This document shows positions 1 through 9,825 of a stretch of 57,267 nt of DNA, in pieces. The translations under genes were made by a program, and so were the position numbers. The stretch is from the NCBI GenBank assembly GCA_963755125.1, contig CAVWIP010000004.1, positions 1-57,267 on the forward strand, given 5' to 3'. Position 1 is the first letter of the stretch, and each line of letters starts with the position of its first letter. Origin of the DNA: an uncultured delta proteobacterium. Its GTDB lineage: Bacteria; Myxococcota_A; Polyangia; Fen-1088. The notes beneath the pieces are model-generated. The model was not told the DNA's origin. It saw nothing but the letters and a program-made list of their open reading frames with translations, and did not search any database.

Positions 1-376
1 ACTGTTCGGGTAGGTGTACGAGCCGGGGAGGTACGAACGCCAGGAGCTGTAGAATTCCGTGACGCTGGTTGACATGCATGATGAAGACAACGGTGGTGGG
101 TCGATGAGCGGAAGTTCTGCCACTGAAGGATACGTGGCTGAAGGAAGCCAGGTTTACTGGGCGCAGTCGTCTTCGTTGCCACAGGCGTGCACCAGAACGT
201 CAAGCGCGCAGAATCCGCGCTGCAGGGCTAAATTGAGGAGCTACGCCTCGGTTGGAAGGTAACGTCTCTGCCGCTTCGGCATCAGATACAGGGACGGCGG
301 GAGCTGCTCTCTTCTGTGGATCAAAGATCGTCCAGGATGAGAGGGGACTTCGTAGGTTCCACGGAGGGAGAAACCC

Positions 377-2500
377 ATGATCAAGGACGCAGCACTGAGC
401 CCTGGATCGATCTTGGTGGTCCTGCGTGCCGTTGCCTTGGCTAGCCTCTTTGCTTGTACCAACAGCAAGTCTGGCGCGTCGGCCGATGCTTCGGGGCTGG
501 GCGGAGCAGTGGACGCGGGTGGAAATTCGGCCACGGGCGGAATGACCTCGACCGGAGGAGCCACCGCCATTGCCGGTAGCATGGCTGCTGGTGGCAGCAG
601 CGGAACCAGTGGAGTCACCGCTGCCGGGGGATCCTCCATCGGTGTTGCCAACACGGGCGGCGGCGGGAACAGTGGAATGGGTGGGCTCTTTGCTAGTGGT
701 GGGGCGAATTCGACCGGCGGCAACACGGTTAGTGGCGGCAGCAGTGGGCGCGACGGTGGCACTGGCTCGCCAGATGGCCCATCAACTGTCGACGGGCCCG
801 CGAGCATTGACGGCCGGGCGAGCAGCGCGGATGCTGGCCCGACGTTCCAGCTTCAGACTCCCAATCCTCTGTCGGTATCACCGGTCCTCGATCCGACGCA
901 TGCCACGGTCGCAGTCATCACTGCCACCGCAGGGGGATCGATCACAGCCACCGCGGCCGACGGCACCATCTATATTTTGGCCATCCCGGCCGATGCCCTC
1001 CTCTTCGATACGGAGATCACGCTCACGCCCGTGACCAGCATCGGCGGCCTTCCGTTCAGCGGCGGGCTTCAGGCTGCGGTACAGATTGCACCGGATGGTC
1101 TATATCTCTACCAAGTCGCGACTCTCAGCATCGCGCCTGCGACTGCGGTCCTGTCCAGCAAACAGATCGGATTTGGCTACTACGGCAGCGGCACGGAGTT
1201 CCATCTGGAGGCGCTGACCACAACCGGGCTCGTCTTCGGGATCCAGCACTTCTCTGGATACGGTGCTGGTCTCGGGACCGCCGCCGACGTGAGCCAGCAG
1301 GAACTGCGTCCGCCCACCGCGCCGCTGGATCAGCTCGTACAGGTCATTGCGCAGCCGCTTTTCCTCGAGCGCCCGGCCACGATCGAACCAGATCCGCCAC
1401 CTCTCCCCTCAGGCGTGGGCATCACGGAGGTCGCTGATGCGTACTACGAAGACGACCTGTTGCCAGACGCTGAAGACGCGCTGGCATCCGGCGATCCCGC
1501 CAGCATTATCGCTCTGCTTCCAGATGTCACCCATTTCGCCCAAGAATGCCAACAGATCGAGGACAACCCGACGATGATGGCTGCCCTTGACCTCGCAGAC
1601 ACAATGATCGACGAGTACGCCAACCTTGCAGATACGGATGTCGTAGCGGAATGCAACGCACTCTCGCCCTCGGAACTAAGTGGGTACCAAGCCAACAGCG
1701 TGAGGCTATCGCGCCTCTATCAGAGCACTGGCATGCCACAGACCCAGACAACCGCGGATGTGAACAGGTTTATTACGGACCTTGCCACGTGCGAGATCTG
1801 CCCAAGCGGGTGCACAACCGGAACGCAGACCACTTGCTGTCAAAAGGGCTGCGTCGATCTCACGTCGGACCCCAATAACTGCGGTTTGTGCTCCAATGCA
1901 TGTTCGAGTCAGCAACCGGCGTGCTGCTACGGAATTTGTCGCAACACCAGTTCGGATCCCAATAACTGTGGGGGGTGCGGCCATACTTGCAACGCTGGCG
2001 AGACGTGCACAGCCGGAGTCTGCGGCACCGCGGGCGGATATGTTTGCGTGGCGGGTGTGGGCGTGATGCTACCGTCTGGCACTCCGCCGATCGGGACTCT
2101 CACAGTGACGATCAACGGCACGAAGACGACCTTCTTCATTTGTCCCGGTTTCGCCCGATGCCAGGCCAGCTCGAGTAACTTGGCTGTCACCGGAGCAAGC
2201 GAAACGGGGGGATACGTCACAGTCACCGTGTACGAACCCACGATAGGGTCCTTTCCCACAAACAATACGAATGGCGAATCCAACGCGCTCGTAGTTACGT
2301 CCGCCGACGGTGCTACCGTCGACTGCACAGACCTCCCGGGTGGTGCCGGAAGCATCAACGTGAGCGCGTTCACCACCTCGACGGGTGGCACGGTCTCGGG
2401 CACCTTCTCGGGAACCGTCTTGGAGTGTGAACCGTCCATAGGTGGGGGATCCACCGCCAGTCTTGCCGACGGTAGCTTCTCTTGCGCGGCGAACGAGTAG
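377..2500 (+). CDS. Lipoprotein: Gly/Ser/Thr linker, ZU5-like beta domain, acidic helical region, Stig1-like Cys-rich repeats
   Basis: RBS GGAGGGAG upstream; lipobox LFAC; GGS-rich linker; 'GGSITATAADGTIYILAIPADAL...IQHFSGYG'; two C-x(4-5)-SDPNNCGxC repeats. Confidence 0.75.
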   Translation: MIKDAALSPGSILVVLRAVALASLFACTNSKSGASADASGLGGAVDAGGNSATGGMTSTGGATAIAGSMAAGGSSGTSGVTAAGGSSIGVANTGGGGNSGMGGLFASGGANSTGGNTVSGGSSGRDGGTGSPDGPSTVDGPASIDGRASSADAGPTFQLQTPNPLSVSPVLDPTHATVAVITATAGGSITATAADGTIYILAIPADALLFDTEITLTPVTSIGGLPFSGGLQAAVQIAPDGLYLYQVATLSIAPATAVLSSKQIGFGYYGSGTEFHLEALTTTGLVFGIQHFSGYGAGLGTAADVSQQELRPPTAPLDQLVQVIAQPLFLERPATIEPDPPPLPSGVGITEVADAYYEDDLLPDAEDALASGDPASIIALLPDVTHFAQECQQIEDNPTMMAALDLADTMIDEYANLADTDVVAECNALSPSELSGYQANSVRLSRLYQSTGMPQTQTTADVNRFITDLATCEICPSGCTTGTQTTCCQKGCVDLTSDPNNCGLCSNACSSQQPACCYGICRNTSSDPNNCGGCGHTCNAGETCTAGVCGTAGGYVCVAGVGVMLPSGTPPIGTLTVTINGTKTTFFICPGFARCQASSSNLAVTGASETGGYVTVTVYEPTIGSFPTNNTNGESNALVVTSADGATVDCTDLPGGAGSINVSAFTTSTGGTVSGTFSGTVLECEPSIGGGSTASLADGSFSCAANE

Positions 2501-2520
2501 CGCTGGCCTGGGAACAGGCA

Positions 2521-5500
2521 CTACGGCGTTGACTTGATCTGCACGTGGCTCATGCGGCGCCGGGCGGTGGCGAGGCTGCCGGATTCCGGTGGGGGCGGCG
2601 TGAGGTTCACGTGCAGGCCGAGTGCCGCGCGAACCGCGAAGTGATCCTCGCTGACCGAGAACGCCAGCAAATCGCTGATTCGCTCGCGCACCGGCAAAGG
2701 GCTCTGCCCCGAAGGCTCGATTGCCAGCACCCGCGCCGCCGCGCCCAGATCGCCACACAGTGCAAGCGCCGCGCGGCCGGCGGTGAGGTCGGAGGCGACG
2801 ATCCAGCCAAGCAGATCCAGCTTGTCCCCGCGCGCCTCCACGAACTTGCGCGCCACCACCTTCAACTCGGCCCGCAACGGTGGCGAGAGCAGAGGGTCGA
2901 GCCCCTTGGCCATCTTGTCGACTTCGCCCCCGTGCGGGCCATTGCCGATCGGGCACCCGCCCAAGAGAAGCCCCGCGCGCACCGCGATCTCCAGCAGGGC
3001 CGGGGTGCCCAGGGCAAAGCGGGGGAACCGATCCGTGCGCATGAGCACCATCCGCTTGGCCAGATCGAAGATGACCTCGCTCTGTCGCGTCCACTGCTCG
3101 AAGCCCGGGCCCACCACCAGGGCCGGGGTCAGTGTGTTCTTCTCCTTCAGGTTGACGATGGACACCGTGCCCGGCGCATCCTTCTTCAGAAAAACGTCGG
3201 GCAAGATTGCCTCGATGCTGTTGGCCACGTAGCGCAGGGCCGCGGCGTGCGGCCAGGCCGCGCCCGACAGGTCCACGCGGTCGGACCGGTCCACGCCGAT
3301 GGCCTTGTGCGGGCTCGCGCTGGACATGGCGATGGCCGCTGCCAGCAGGGCGAGCAGGGCGCCGATATAGGGATCCTCCGTCGGGTGCAGAATCTTGCGC
3401 CACAGCTCTTCGTTCATCTTACCGGCTGCGCTGGGAAGCTGGCTGGGCCGGTAGCCCTCGTAGAAACTGGCCAGCGGCGCATCGGCATGGCCCAGATAGA
3501 CCAGCGCCGCGGCCACGCACCACATCCGGTCGTGGGCGCCGGTCTGGTAGAAGAGCGGCGCCAGCGCCTGATACGAGGCGATGCGGTCGGGCTTCTTGCT
3601 GATCAACATCTGGTGCTGCGCGATGGTCTTGCTCACCGCCGAGGGACCGGATTCCTGGTATAGCTGCGCGAGCTGCTCCTGGCGCGCAAAGTTGTCCCGG
3701 TCGAGCGAGGCCGCGACTTCCAGGGCCAGCACCGCGCTCTCGCGGTTCTTCAGGTGCTTGATGGCCACTCCGGCCAGCGCATCCCACAGGCGCAGCTTGA
3801 GCTCGACGGGCGCGTCGGCGGGCATGCGCCGCAACTGCCGGCGGTAGGCGCGCGCCAGTTCCTTCCAGTGCCGGTCTTCGTTCAGGATGCGCTCGATGGC
3901 ATCGAAGGCGCGCAGGAACATCGGGTCGTCGTCGAGCACCTGGGTGAAGACCGCCACGGCCTTGGCACGGTCCTTCATCTCGTCGCGATAGATGGCGGCC
4001 AGGGTGTAGCGGCCGCGGGCGCGGATGGTCGGCTCGGTCTCCAGCTCGGACACCTTCTCCAGTGTCTCGACAGCCTTGCTCCATTGCTTGCTCAGGCTGT
4101 AGTGGTCGAGCATCTTGTACAGGGTCTGCCGTCGCTCGGGCTGCACGGCCAGCGCCTTGGTGTAACAGGACACGGCCGCGGCCGAATCGTCCAGCTTGTC
4201 GCGCAGGATATCGCCCAGCTCATCCCACAGTTGCGCCCGCTCCTCCTCGTCGCTGACCAGGGCGAGCTGCTTGCGTCGCAGCTCGACCACATCGCGCCAC
4301 TCCTGGCGGGCCGTGCGAATCGCGACGAGCGCGTCCAAGTGGCTGCGCTCGTGCGGCTCCAGCGCAGCCGCTTCCTCGCGGAAGCGAAGCACGGCGTCGC
4401 TGTCGCCGGTTCGCTCTGCGCAGGTGGCCAGGCGCACACAGAGAGCCGCCCGCTCCGGGGCGGACAGGCTACTTTGGCCCAACGCGTAGACGCGTTCGTA
4501 GCCCGCGCCCGCATCGGCCCAGGCCTGGCGCTCGAAGTGCAAGTCGGCGGAGGCCTGCGCCAGCGGCAGCGAACTCGGCGACAGTCTGGTGGCTGCGTCG
4601 AAGTTGGCCATCGCCTTGTCCAGCTTTCCCAACTGCTTCGCGCAACGGCCGACCCGTTCATGCAAGGCAGCGCGGGCCGCGTCGTCATGGGCCGGCGCCC
4701 GGCGGAGCAGCATGTCCAGCACCGGCTCGAGCGGCAGCCATTCCTGGCGCGCCTCGCGCAGCTTGGCCAGACGTTCGGCCGCGCTCACTTGTTCCGGATC
4801 GGCGGCCAGGGCACGGCCGAGAAGGTCCAGGCCTGCATCTGGGTCGTCGAGATGGTCGAGGGCCAGGATGCCCGCCTGGGCCAGCAGGCGCCCCTTCTCC
4901 ATCGGGTTCTTGGTCTTCTCCGCGCCTTCCAGCGCGAACTTGGCCGCGCGCTCGAACTCGCCTTTGTGCCAGCACAGCACGGCCAGCGCCGACAGCGCCA
5001 CCGCGTTGTCGGGGTCGCTGTCGAGCGCCCGTAGGTACAACGCCTCGGCAGCAGCCGGATCTTCGGCGGCAAAACCCTGCGCCACCACAAGCGCGCTTTC
5101 CACGTCCTTCAGCTTGTCGAGCAGCAGGCTGGCCCGCTCCATGCGCAGCCCGCGCGCCAGCTCGGCGTCGCCTTTGCGCTGCGCGCGCATCTCGAGCAGA
5201 TCGCACAGCAGTGTCCAGCGTTCGGTCTTGCGATACAGTTCCTCCAGCTTGGCCAGGGCTTCGCCGTTCGCGGGATCGCGGGCGGTCAGCGCCTCCAGCA
5301 TCTCGATGAGCGGTTTCCACTGCTCGGTCGCGCGGTAGATCTGTTCCAGCTTGCTGAAGATGGCTCCGTCGGTGGGGTTGCGCGCTAGGGCCTTGCGCAG
5401 CAGGTCCGTCAGCGCCTTGGTCTGCTCGGTCTTGCGATACAATTCCTCCAGCTTGGCCAGGGCCGCCGGATCGGCCGGATTGCGCGCCAGCTCTTTTTCC

Positions 5501-6969
5501 AAGAGCGACGTGAGGGGCGACCACTGCTCGGTCTTGCGCAGCAGCGCCTCGAGATTGGCGAAGACTGCATTGTTGTTGGGGTCGCGGGCCAGCATCTTTT
5601 CGTACAGCGTGCGCAGCGGCTCCCAGCGTTCGGCCTGGCGGTACAGATTCTCCAGCTCGGCCAGCGCCTCGGGGTTCTGCGGATCCCGGTTGAGCACCTT
5701 CTGGAAGGCGGCGATGGCCTCGTCTACCCTGGCCGTGTCGCGGGCGCACACCCGCGCTACGCCCAGCGCGATCTGGGTCGAATCCGCAGCGTCAGCCCCC
5801 TCGTGTTCGAGCTGGGCGACCTCGCGGGCAAAGTCATCCCACTCGCCGGTCTTTTCGGCCAAGCGCTTGGCGTCGGCCAGCAGATCGGCATCGCGTGGCT
5901 GCAAGCGCAACGCCGTCATCATCACGGGATAGGCCCGATCGGTGGCGTTCATGTCGCGTTCAAGCAACAAAGCTACCTCGCGCAAGGCCGCTGCCTGCGA
6001 CGCTGGCTCGTGGATGACCTCCGCGCGGCCGATCATGATGCCGACCATGCGCTCCCATTCCTTGCGTTCGCGCAGATGGGTCAGGCCGCGATCGAGGCCC
6101 TGGTGCGCCTCCTCATCCCCAGGATCGGCGATGACAAGCTCCAGCCACGCTTCCACCTCGTCGTCGGCCGGCTTGCGGCCTGGTTGGGCGCTGATGGTGG
6201 CCAAGATCCCCAGCGTCTCCTCCAGCGTCGCGTCCAGCGAAACCGGGACCAGGCCCAGTTCGGCGCGCACCAGACGCGCGTCGCCGTCCGAGAGTTGCGG
6301 CGCCAGCAGGAAGTGCGGCACCCGTGTCTCGGTCGCGCCCAGCACGCGCTGGACCAGCATGGCCAGGTCCGGATCGTCGGGCCGATAGCCCACGAAAACG
6401 AAAGACCACTTGTGATACAGGCTGGCGACGAAGGCTGCCGCGCCGGTGGCGCCGATCTTCGCCGGGATCTCGGCCGGGGCCAGGCAGAGCGAGGCAGGCA
6501 CGTCGGCGCGACCGAAGATCTGCAGGAGGAAGCGGCCATGGCCGTGTTCCAGCGAGCTGGCATTGGCGGCAAACGCCGTGCGGCTCGCGATCTCGGGATC
6601 GTCGGCCAGCGCGGTGGCCCAGAGAGGATCGAACGTCGTCGCGATCAAGCCACGCCAGGGCGCGTGGGCCACGCTGCTGATGGCCGCGGGCACCTGCACA
6701 CCTCTGCCATAGGCATCCGCCAACACATCGCCCAGGGTGCTGTCGTGAAACAGTTCGCGCACGAGCGCCAGGGCCGAGGTCATGCGACGGTTTTGCAAGA
6801 GATCGGAAAGCGCGGCCTTGTCGGCGTCGGCCGTGACCCATTGGAGGAAACTTTGACCGAGAGCAGCCCAGCCGGGAAGCTGGGCCAGTTCGGAACAGCC
6901 AGCGCCAGCCACCAGGACGGCCTGTCGATTCCTCAGGCGCTGCACCAGCGCATCAGGCAATGCGTGCAT
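2521..6969 (-). CDS. SIR2-like N-terminal domain fused to a long TPR array with an AgmK-like C-terminus (1482 aa)
   Basis: N-terminal VLVAGAGCS..LPGW, LIATTFD and FVFVGY..DDPDL motifs; many 34-aa repeats (ARDP.N.EALAKLEELYRKTERW); RBS GGGAG. Confidence 0.8.
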   Translation of the reverse strand: MHALPDALVQRLRNRQAVLVAGAGCSELAQLPGWAALGQSFLQWVTADADKAALSDLLQNRRMTSALALVRELFHDSTLGDVLADAYGRGVQVPAAISSVAHAPWRGLIATTFDPLWATALADDPEIASRTAFAANASSLEHGHGRFLLQIFGRADVPASLCLAPAEIPAKIGATGAAAFVASLYHKWSFVFVGYRPDDPDLAMLVQRVLGATETRVPHFLLAPQLSDGDARLVRAELGLVPVSLDATLEETLGILATISAQPGRKPADDEVEAWLELVIADPGDEEAHQGLDRGLTHLRERKEWERMVGIMIGRAEVIHEPASQAAALREVALLLERDMNATDRAYPVMMTALRLQPRDADLLADAKRLAEKTGEWDDFAREVAQLEHEGADAADSTQIALGVARVCARDTARVDEAIAAFQKVLNRDPQNPEALAELENLYRQAERWEPLRTLYEKMLARDPNNNAVFANLEALLRKTEQWSPLTSLLEKELARNPADPAALAKLEELYRKTEQTKALTDLLRKALARNPTDGAIFSKLEQIYRATEQWKPLIEMLEALTARDPANGEALAKLEELYRKTERWTLLCDLLEMRAQRKGDAELARGLRMERASLLLDKLKDVESALVVAQGFAAEDPAAAEALYLRALDSDPDNAVALSALAVLCWHKGEFERAAKFALEGAEKTKNPMEKGRLLAQAGILALDHLDDPDAGLDLLGRALAADPEQVSAAERLAKLREARQEWLPLEPVLDMLLRRAPAHDDAARAALHERVGRCAKQLGKLDKAMANFDAATRLSPSSLPLAQASADLHFERQAWADAGAGYERVYALGQSSLSAPERAALCVRLATCAERTGDSDAVLRFREEAAALEPHERSHLDALVAIRTARQEWRDVVELRRKQLALVSDEEERAQLWDELGDILRDKLDDSAAAVSCYTKALAVQPERRQTLYKMLDHYSLSKQWSKAVETLEKVSELETEPTIRARGRYTLAAIYRDEMKDRAKAVAVFTQVLDDDPMFLRAFDAIERILNEDRHWKELARAYRRQLRRMPADAPVELKLRLWDALAGVAIKHLKNRESAVLALEVAASLDRDNFARQEQLAQLYQESGPSAVSKTIAQHQMLISKKPDRIASYQALAPLFYQTGAHDRMWCVAAALVYLGHADAPLASFYEGYRPSQLPSAAGKMNEELWRKILHPTEDPYIGALLALLAAAIAMSSASPHKAIGVDRSDRVDLSGAAWPHAAALRYVANSIEAILPDVFLKKDAPGTVSIVNLKEKNTLTPALVVGPGFEQWTRQSEVIFDLAKRMVLMRTDRFPRFALGTPALLEIAVRAGLLLGGCPIGNGPHGGEVDKMAKGLDPLLSPPLRAELKVVARKFVEARGDKLDLLGWIVASDLTAGRAALALCGDLGAAARVLAIEPSGQSPLPVRERISDLLAFSVSEDHFAVRAALGLHVNLTPPPPESGSLATARRRMSHVQIKSTP
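5190..5700 (-). repeat. About five similar 34-aa (102 bp) TPR units (boundaries approximate)
   Basis: Recurring protein unit NP...AL.KLE.LYR.TE.W; DNA ggtcttgcgataca.ttcctccagcttggccaggg occurs near 5224 and 5428. Confidence 0.7.
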
Positions 6970-7184
6970 GAAATCTCCCTATGTTTTCCGCTCGGGCGTC
7001 CGGTGCCGAACACGATGTGCACCCGGAGTCACGCCACCTCGAGATAGGGGCAATCTCTAGCATAGAATTGCCATGACTTCCCGCTGCCGGCGTCCTCGAA
7101 TCCGAAACATGCTGCGCTGACCCAGTGCGTGCTGCAAGAGCCGGGTCCACAGCGGAAAACACGCGGCGCACGGAGTGCCCCGTC

Positions 7185-8777
7185 TCACGGCGCAGACGCC
7201 TGGCTCTGCCCAACGTCGGGCTTCCTGGCGTAGAGCGCACAACCCCCGCCCACGAATGAGCGCTTCCAGGGAGCGCCAGCCAGCCCGGACAGCTTGAGCC
7301 AACCCGGGGTCGTCAAGACCAGATCAGTCCCCGAGCGATCGAGAAACTTCTGCACCCCGGGCCTGCCCTTGAGCGCGGCGACCATGGCGAAGTGCATGTC
7401 CACTGGGTACTCGAGATTGCGCCCGTCCACGAAGACCCGCAGCCAAGGCGCCCGCCAGATCACCCAGTTGGCCCACACACGCGTGGTGAGCAGGCGCTTG
7501 CCCGGCGGCGCTTGCGCCAGGGCCTGGTCGCAGGCCAGCGGCAGGTCCGCGGCTGACAAGTGCTCGCGGTAGTAGCGCATGCTGGTCAGTTCGCGAGCGG
7601 CGAGTGCAGGCGACCACCAGGGTACGGCACGCAGGAACAGCAGGAACAGGGCGGCCGCGGCCAGCAAGGCCGTGGCACCAGCAAAGGTCTCTCGGCGGCT
7701 GGCGCGCGCCCAGTTGCCCAGTGCGGACAGCGCGTGCATCAGCGGCAGTGTGAGCATCCACAGGTTGCGCTCGTAGAGCGTCGCCCCCAGCAAAGCCAGC
7801 AATCCGAGTCCCAGACGCCGGCCCTCGTCCCAACGGTTGGGCGCACGAAGAATGCGCAGACCGCCCCAAACGGGGTAGACCAGCGCCAGCGCCCGGGCCA
7901 GGTTCTTGACCGCCGGGGACACTGTGGCGGCTGATTCCCACAGATGGCGGAATTCAATGTTGACCAGGCGATTGATCGAGGTTCCCAGCAGGACGTATTC
8001 AAACACCGACACGCCGGGCGGGTTCAGGAACGGTGCCAGCAGCGCCAACGCCAGCAGCGCAAGACGCAGGCTGCCGGCTCTGGGGGGCAACGACCTCAAC
8101 GGCGCGACGCTAAACCTGCGCCCGGCCAGTCGCATGACCTGGTCGAATCCCACGAAGGGCAAGAACACGACAGCCTCGGCCGTCAGGTTTCCCCAGACCA
8201 GCATGTAGGCCGCCAGCGCGGCCAGTCGCCACCACGAGGCCAGCAAATTCGGTCCGAGGAAAAGCCAATACCCCAGCAGGAAGAGAACCATGGACACCGC
8301 CTGGGGCGCAGGGATGAACTTGTACCATCCGAGCAGGAGGAAGCCGGTGGCGCCGGTCAACGCCAGCGCCATGCCATTCCGGCGCGCTAGGGTCAGCGCC
8401 ACGGCGGCTGCCGTGCCCCCACACAATACGAGAACGAGCAGGCGGAAGCCGCCCCAGCCCGCAGCGGCGTGCAGGAGTGCCGCCAGGATCTCGAATCCCC
8501 ATTCGTGGTTGTTCCAGGGCGCTCCGTAGATCGTATAGGAAAACGTGTCGCGATCAGGGATGGCGCCTGTCTGCAGGAGCAACTCGCCCGCCCGCGTCTG
8601 CCAGTACATATCCCCGTTGGCCAGCGGAAGCGTGGCGAGGTGGACGATGCAAAAACCCAGGAAAGCCAGGCCCGCCGCGGCCCCTGCATCGATGGCCAAC
8701 TGACCGAACGGGCGGCGCATGGCAGGGGATGGTAGCACGTCGGTTCGGGAGCTTGTTTCCGCGGATTTCGCAGTCAC
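7185..8777 (-). CDS. Multi-pass membrane protein, GT-C-fold-like
   Basis: GDMYWQTRAG..L..G.IP..D.FSYT....W.NHEW loop after the first TM; many TM segments; C-terminal FVDGR motif; start uncertain. Confidence 0.65.
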   Translation of the reverse strand: MTAKSAETSSRTDVLPSPAMRRPFGQLAIDAGAAAGLAFLGFCIVHLATLPLANGDMYWQTRAGELLLQTGAIPDRDTFSYTIYGAPWNNHEWGFEILAALLHAAAGWGGFRLLVLVLCGGTAAAVALTLARRNGMALALTGATGFLLLGWYKFIPAPQAVSMVLFLLGYWLFLGPNLLASWWRLAALAAYMLVWGNLTAEAVVFLPFVGFDQVMRLAGRRFSVAPLRSLPPRAGSLRLALLALALLAPFLNPPGVSVFEYVLLGTSINRLVNIEFRHLWESAATVSPAVKNLARALALVYPVWGGLRILRAPNRWDEGRRLGLGLLALLGATLYERNLWMLTLPLMHALSALGNWARASRRETFAGATALLAAAALFLLFLRAVPWWSPALAARELTSMRYYREHLSAADLPLACDQALAQAPPGKRLLTTRVWANWVIWRAPWLRVFVDGRNLEYPVDMHFAMVAALKGRPGVQKFLDRSGTDLVLTTPGWLKLSGLAGAPWKRSFVGGGCALYARKPDVGQSQASAP

Positions 8778-8915
8778 GGGTTTCTTCCACGAGCCTCCTG
8801 CTCGGCCACGTGATGTCGAGGTGGAGAGTCGTGAAAACGCCGCACGAGAGACGCTGCCTCCTGAGCCAGACTGTGCGGCTGCTGCGCGTGCCTGGTCCGC
8901 GAGCCCGGCGATGGC

Positions 8916-9818
8916 CTAGTCGGGCGGCCGGGCTGTCAGAAACGCGCGCACGCAGGCGGCGATCTCGTCAGGCGCATCTTCCAGCACCCAGTGGCCACAG
9001 TCGGGAAAACGATGGACTTCGGCGTGCGGAAAATGGTGGCGCCAGATGTCCAGCACGCGGGACGGAAAAACCACGTCGCGCTCGCCCCAGCAAATGATGG
9101 CCGGGGTTTGCCGGAATTGCGCCAAGCCAGCCTGGATGGCGCTTACCGGGCTGTACGAAGGGTCCGACGGCACGAGCGGCACGTCCTGTGGAAAGCGCAG
9201 CAGTGCGATGCGATCGGCCCAGTTTGCATAGGGCGCAAGATAGGCGTCGAGCACTTCGGCTGGCAGAGGCCGGCGCGTGCAACAGGCGCGCGCGGCCGCC
9301 CGAATGAAGAAGTCAGAGCTGCGCACGCTCAGCGCTCCCAGCGCGCGGTTGCGCACCAGGCGCAGTGCCGCGGGCACGTGCGCGTCGAGTGGCACGTGAA
9401 AGGCGGCGCTGTTGAGCACCACCAGGCGAGCGACGCGCTCGGGAAAGCGCACGGCCCAGGCCATGCCGATCATGGCGCCCCAGTCGTGCATGATCAGGGT
9501 CACGCCGCGAACCAGACCCAGGTGATCGAGCAGCGCCGCCAGATCGTCGGCGCGGTTTTGCAGGCAGTAGCGGTACCGGCCGTCGCCGGGCTTGTCGGAC
9601 AGACCCATGCCCATGTGGTCGGGCACCACCACGCGAAAGCGAGCGCGCAGGGCCAATACCAGCGCGCGGAAATGAAACGACCAGGTGGGGTTGCCGTGCA
9701 GCATGACCACCGGCTCGCCCTGGCCCTCGTCGAGGTAGTGCAGGCGCAGCCCGCTGCGATCGAGGAAGTGGTCAGCGAAGGGATACAGCGACTGCGGGAC
9801 GCGCGAGCGATCCGTCAC
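8916..9818 (-). CDS. oleB: OleB-like alpha/beta hydrolase (haloalkane dehalogenase-like; beta-lactone decarboxylase family)
   Basis: HGNPTWS, PDHMGMGLSDKP, HDWG nucleophile, GHWVLEDA; 7 bp downstream of oleA. Confidence 0.75.
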   Translation of the reverse strand: MTDRSRVPQSLYPFADHFLDRSGLRLHYLDEGQGEPVVMLHGNPTWSFHFRALVLALRARFRVVVPDHMGMGLSDKPGDGRYRYCLQNRADDLAALLDHLGLVRGVTLIMHDWGAMIGMAWAVRFPERVARLVVLNSAAFHVPLDAHVPAALRLVRNRALGALSVRSSDFFIRAAARACCTRRPLPAEVLDAYLAPYANWADRIALLRFPQDVPLVPSDPSYSPVSAIQAGLAQFRQTPAIICWGERDVVFPSRVLDIWRHHFPHAEVHRFPDCGHWVLEDAPDEIAACVRAFLTARPPD

Positions 9819-9825
9819 GGTCGCA

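Noticed and set aside
1..376. Short ORFs at the left edge
   Set aside because: No recognisable motifs; cannot be judged without upstream sequence
8778..8918. oleB is in frame with the downstream membrane gene across a single TAG, and the spacer faintly resembles an OleC N-terminus
   Set aside because: 46 stop-free codons in GC-rich DNA is unremarkable, oleB is full length, and the OleC resemblance needs a frameshift and is too weak
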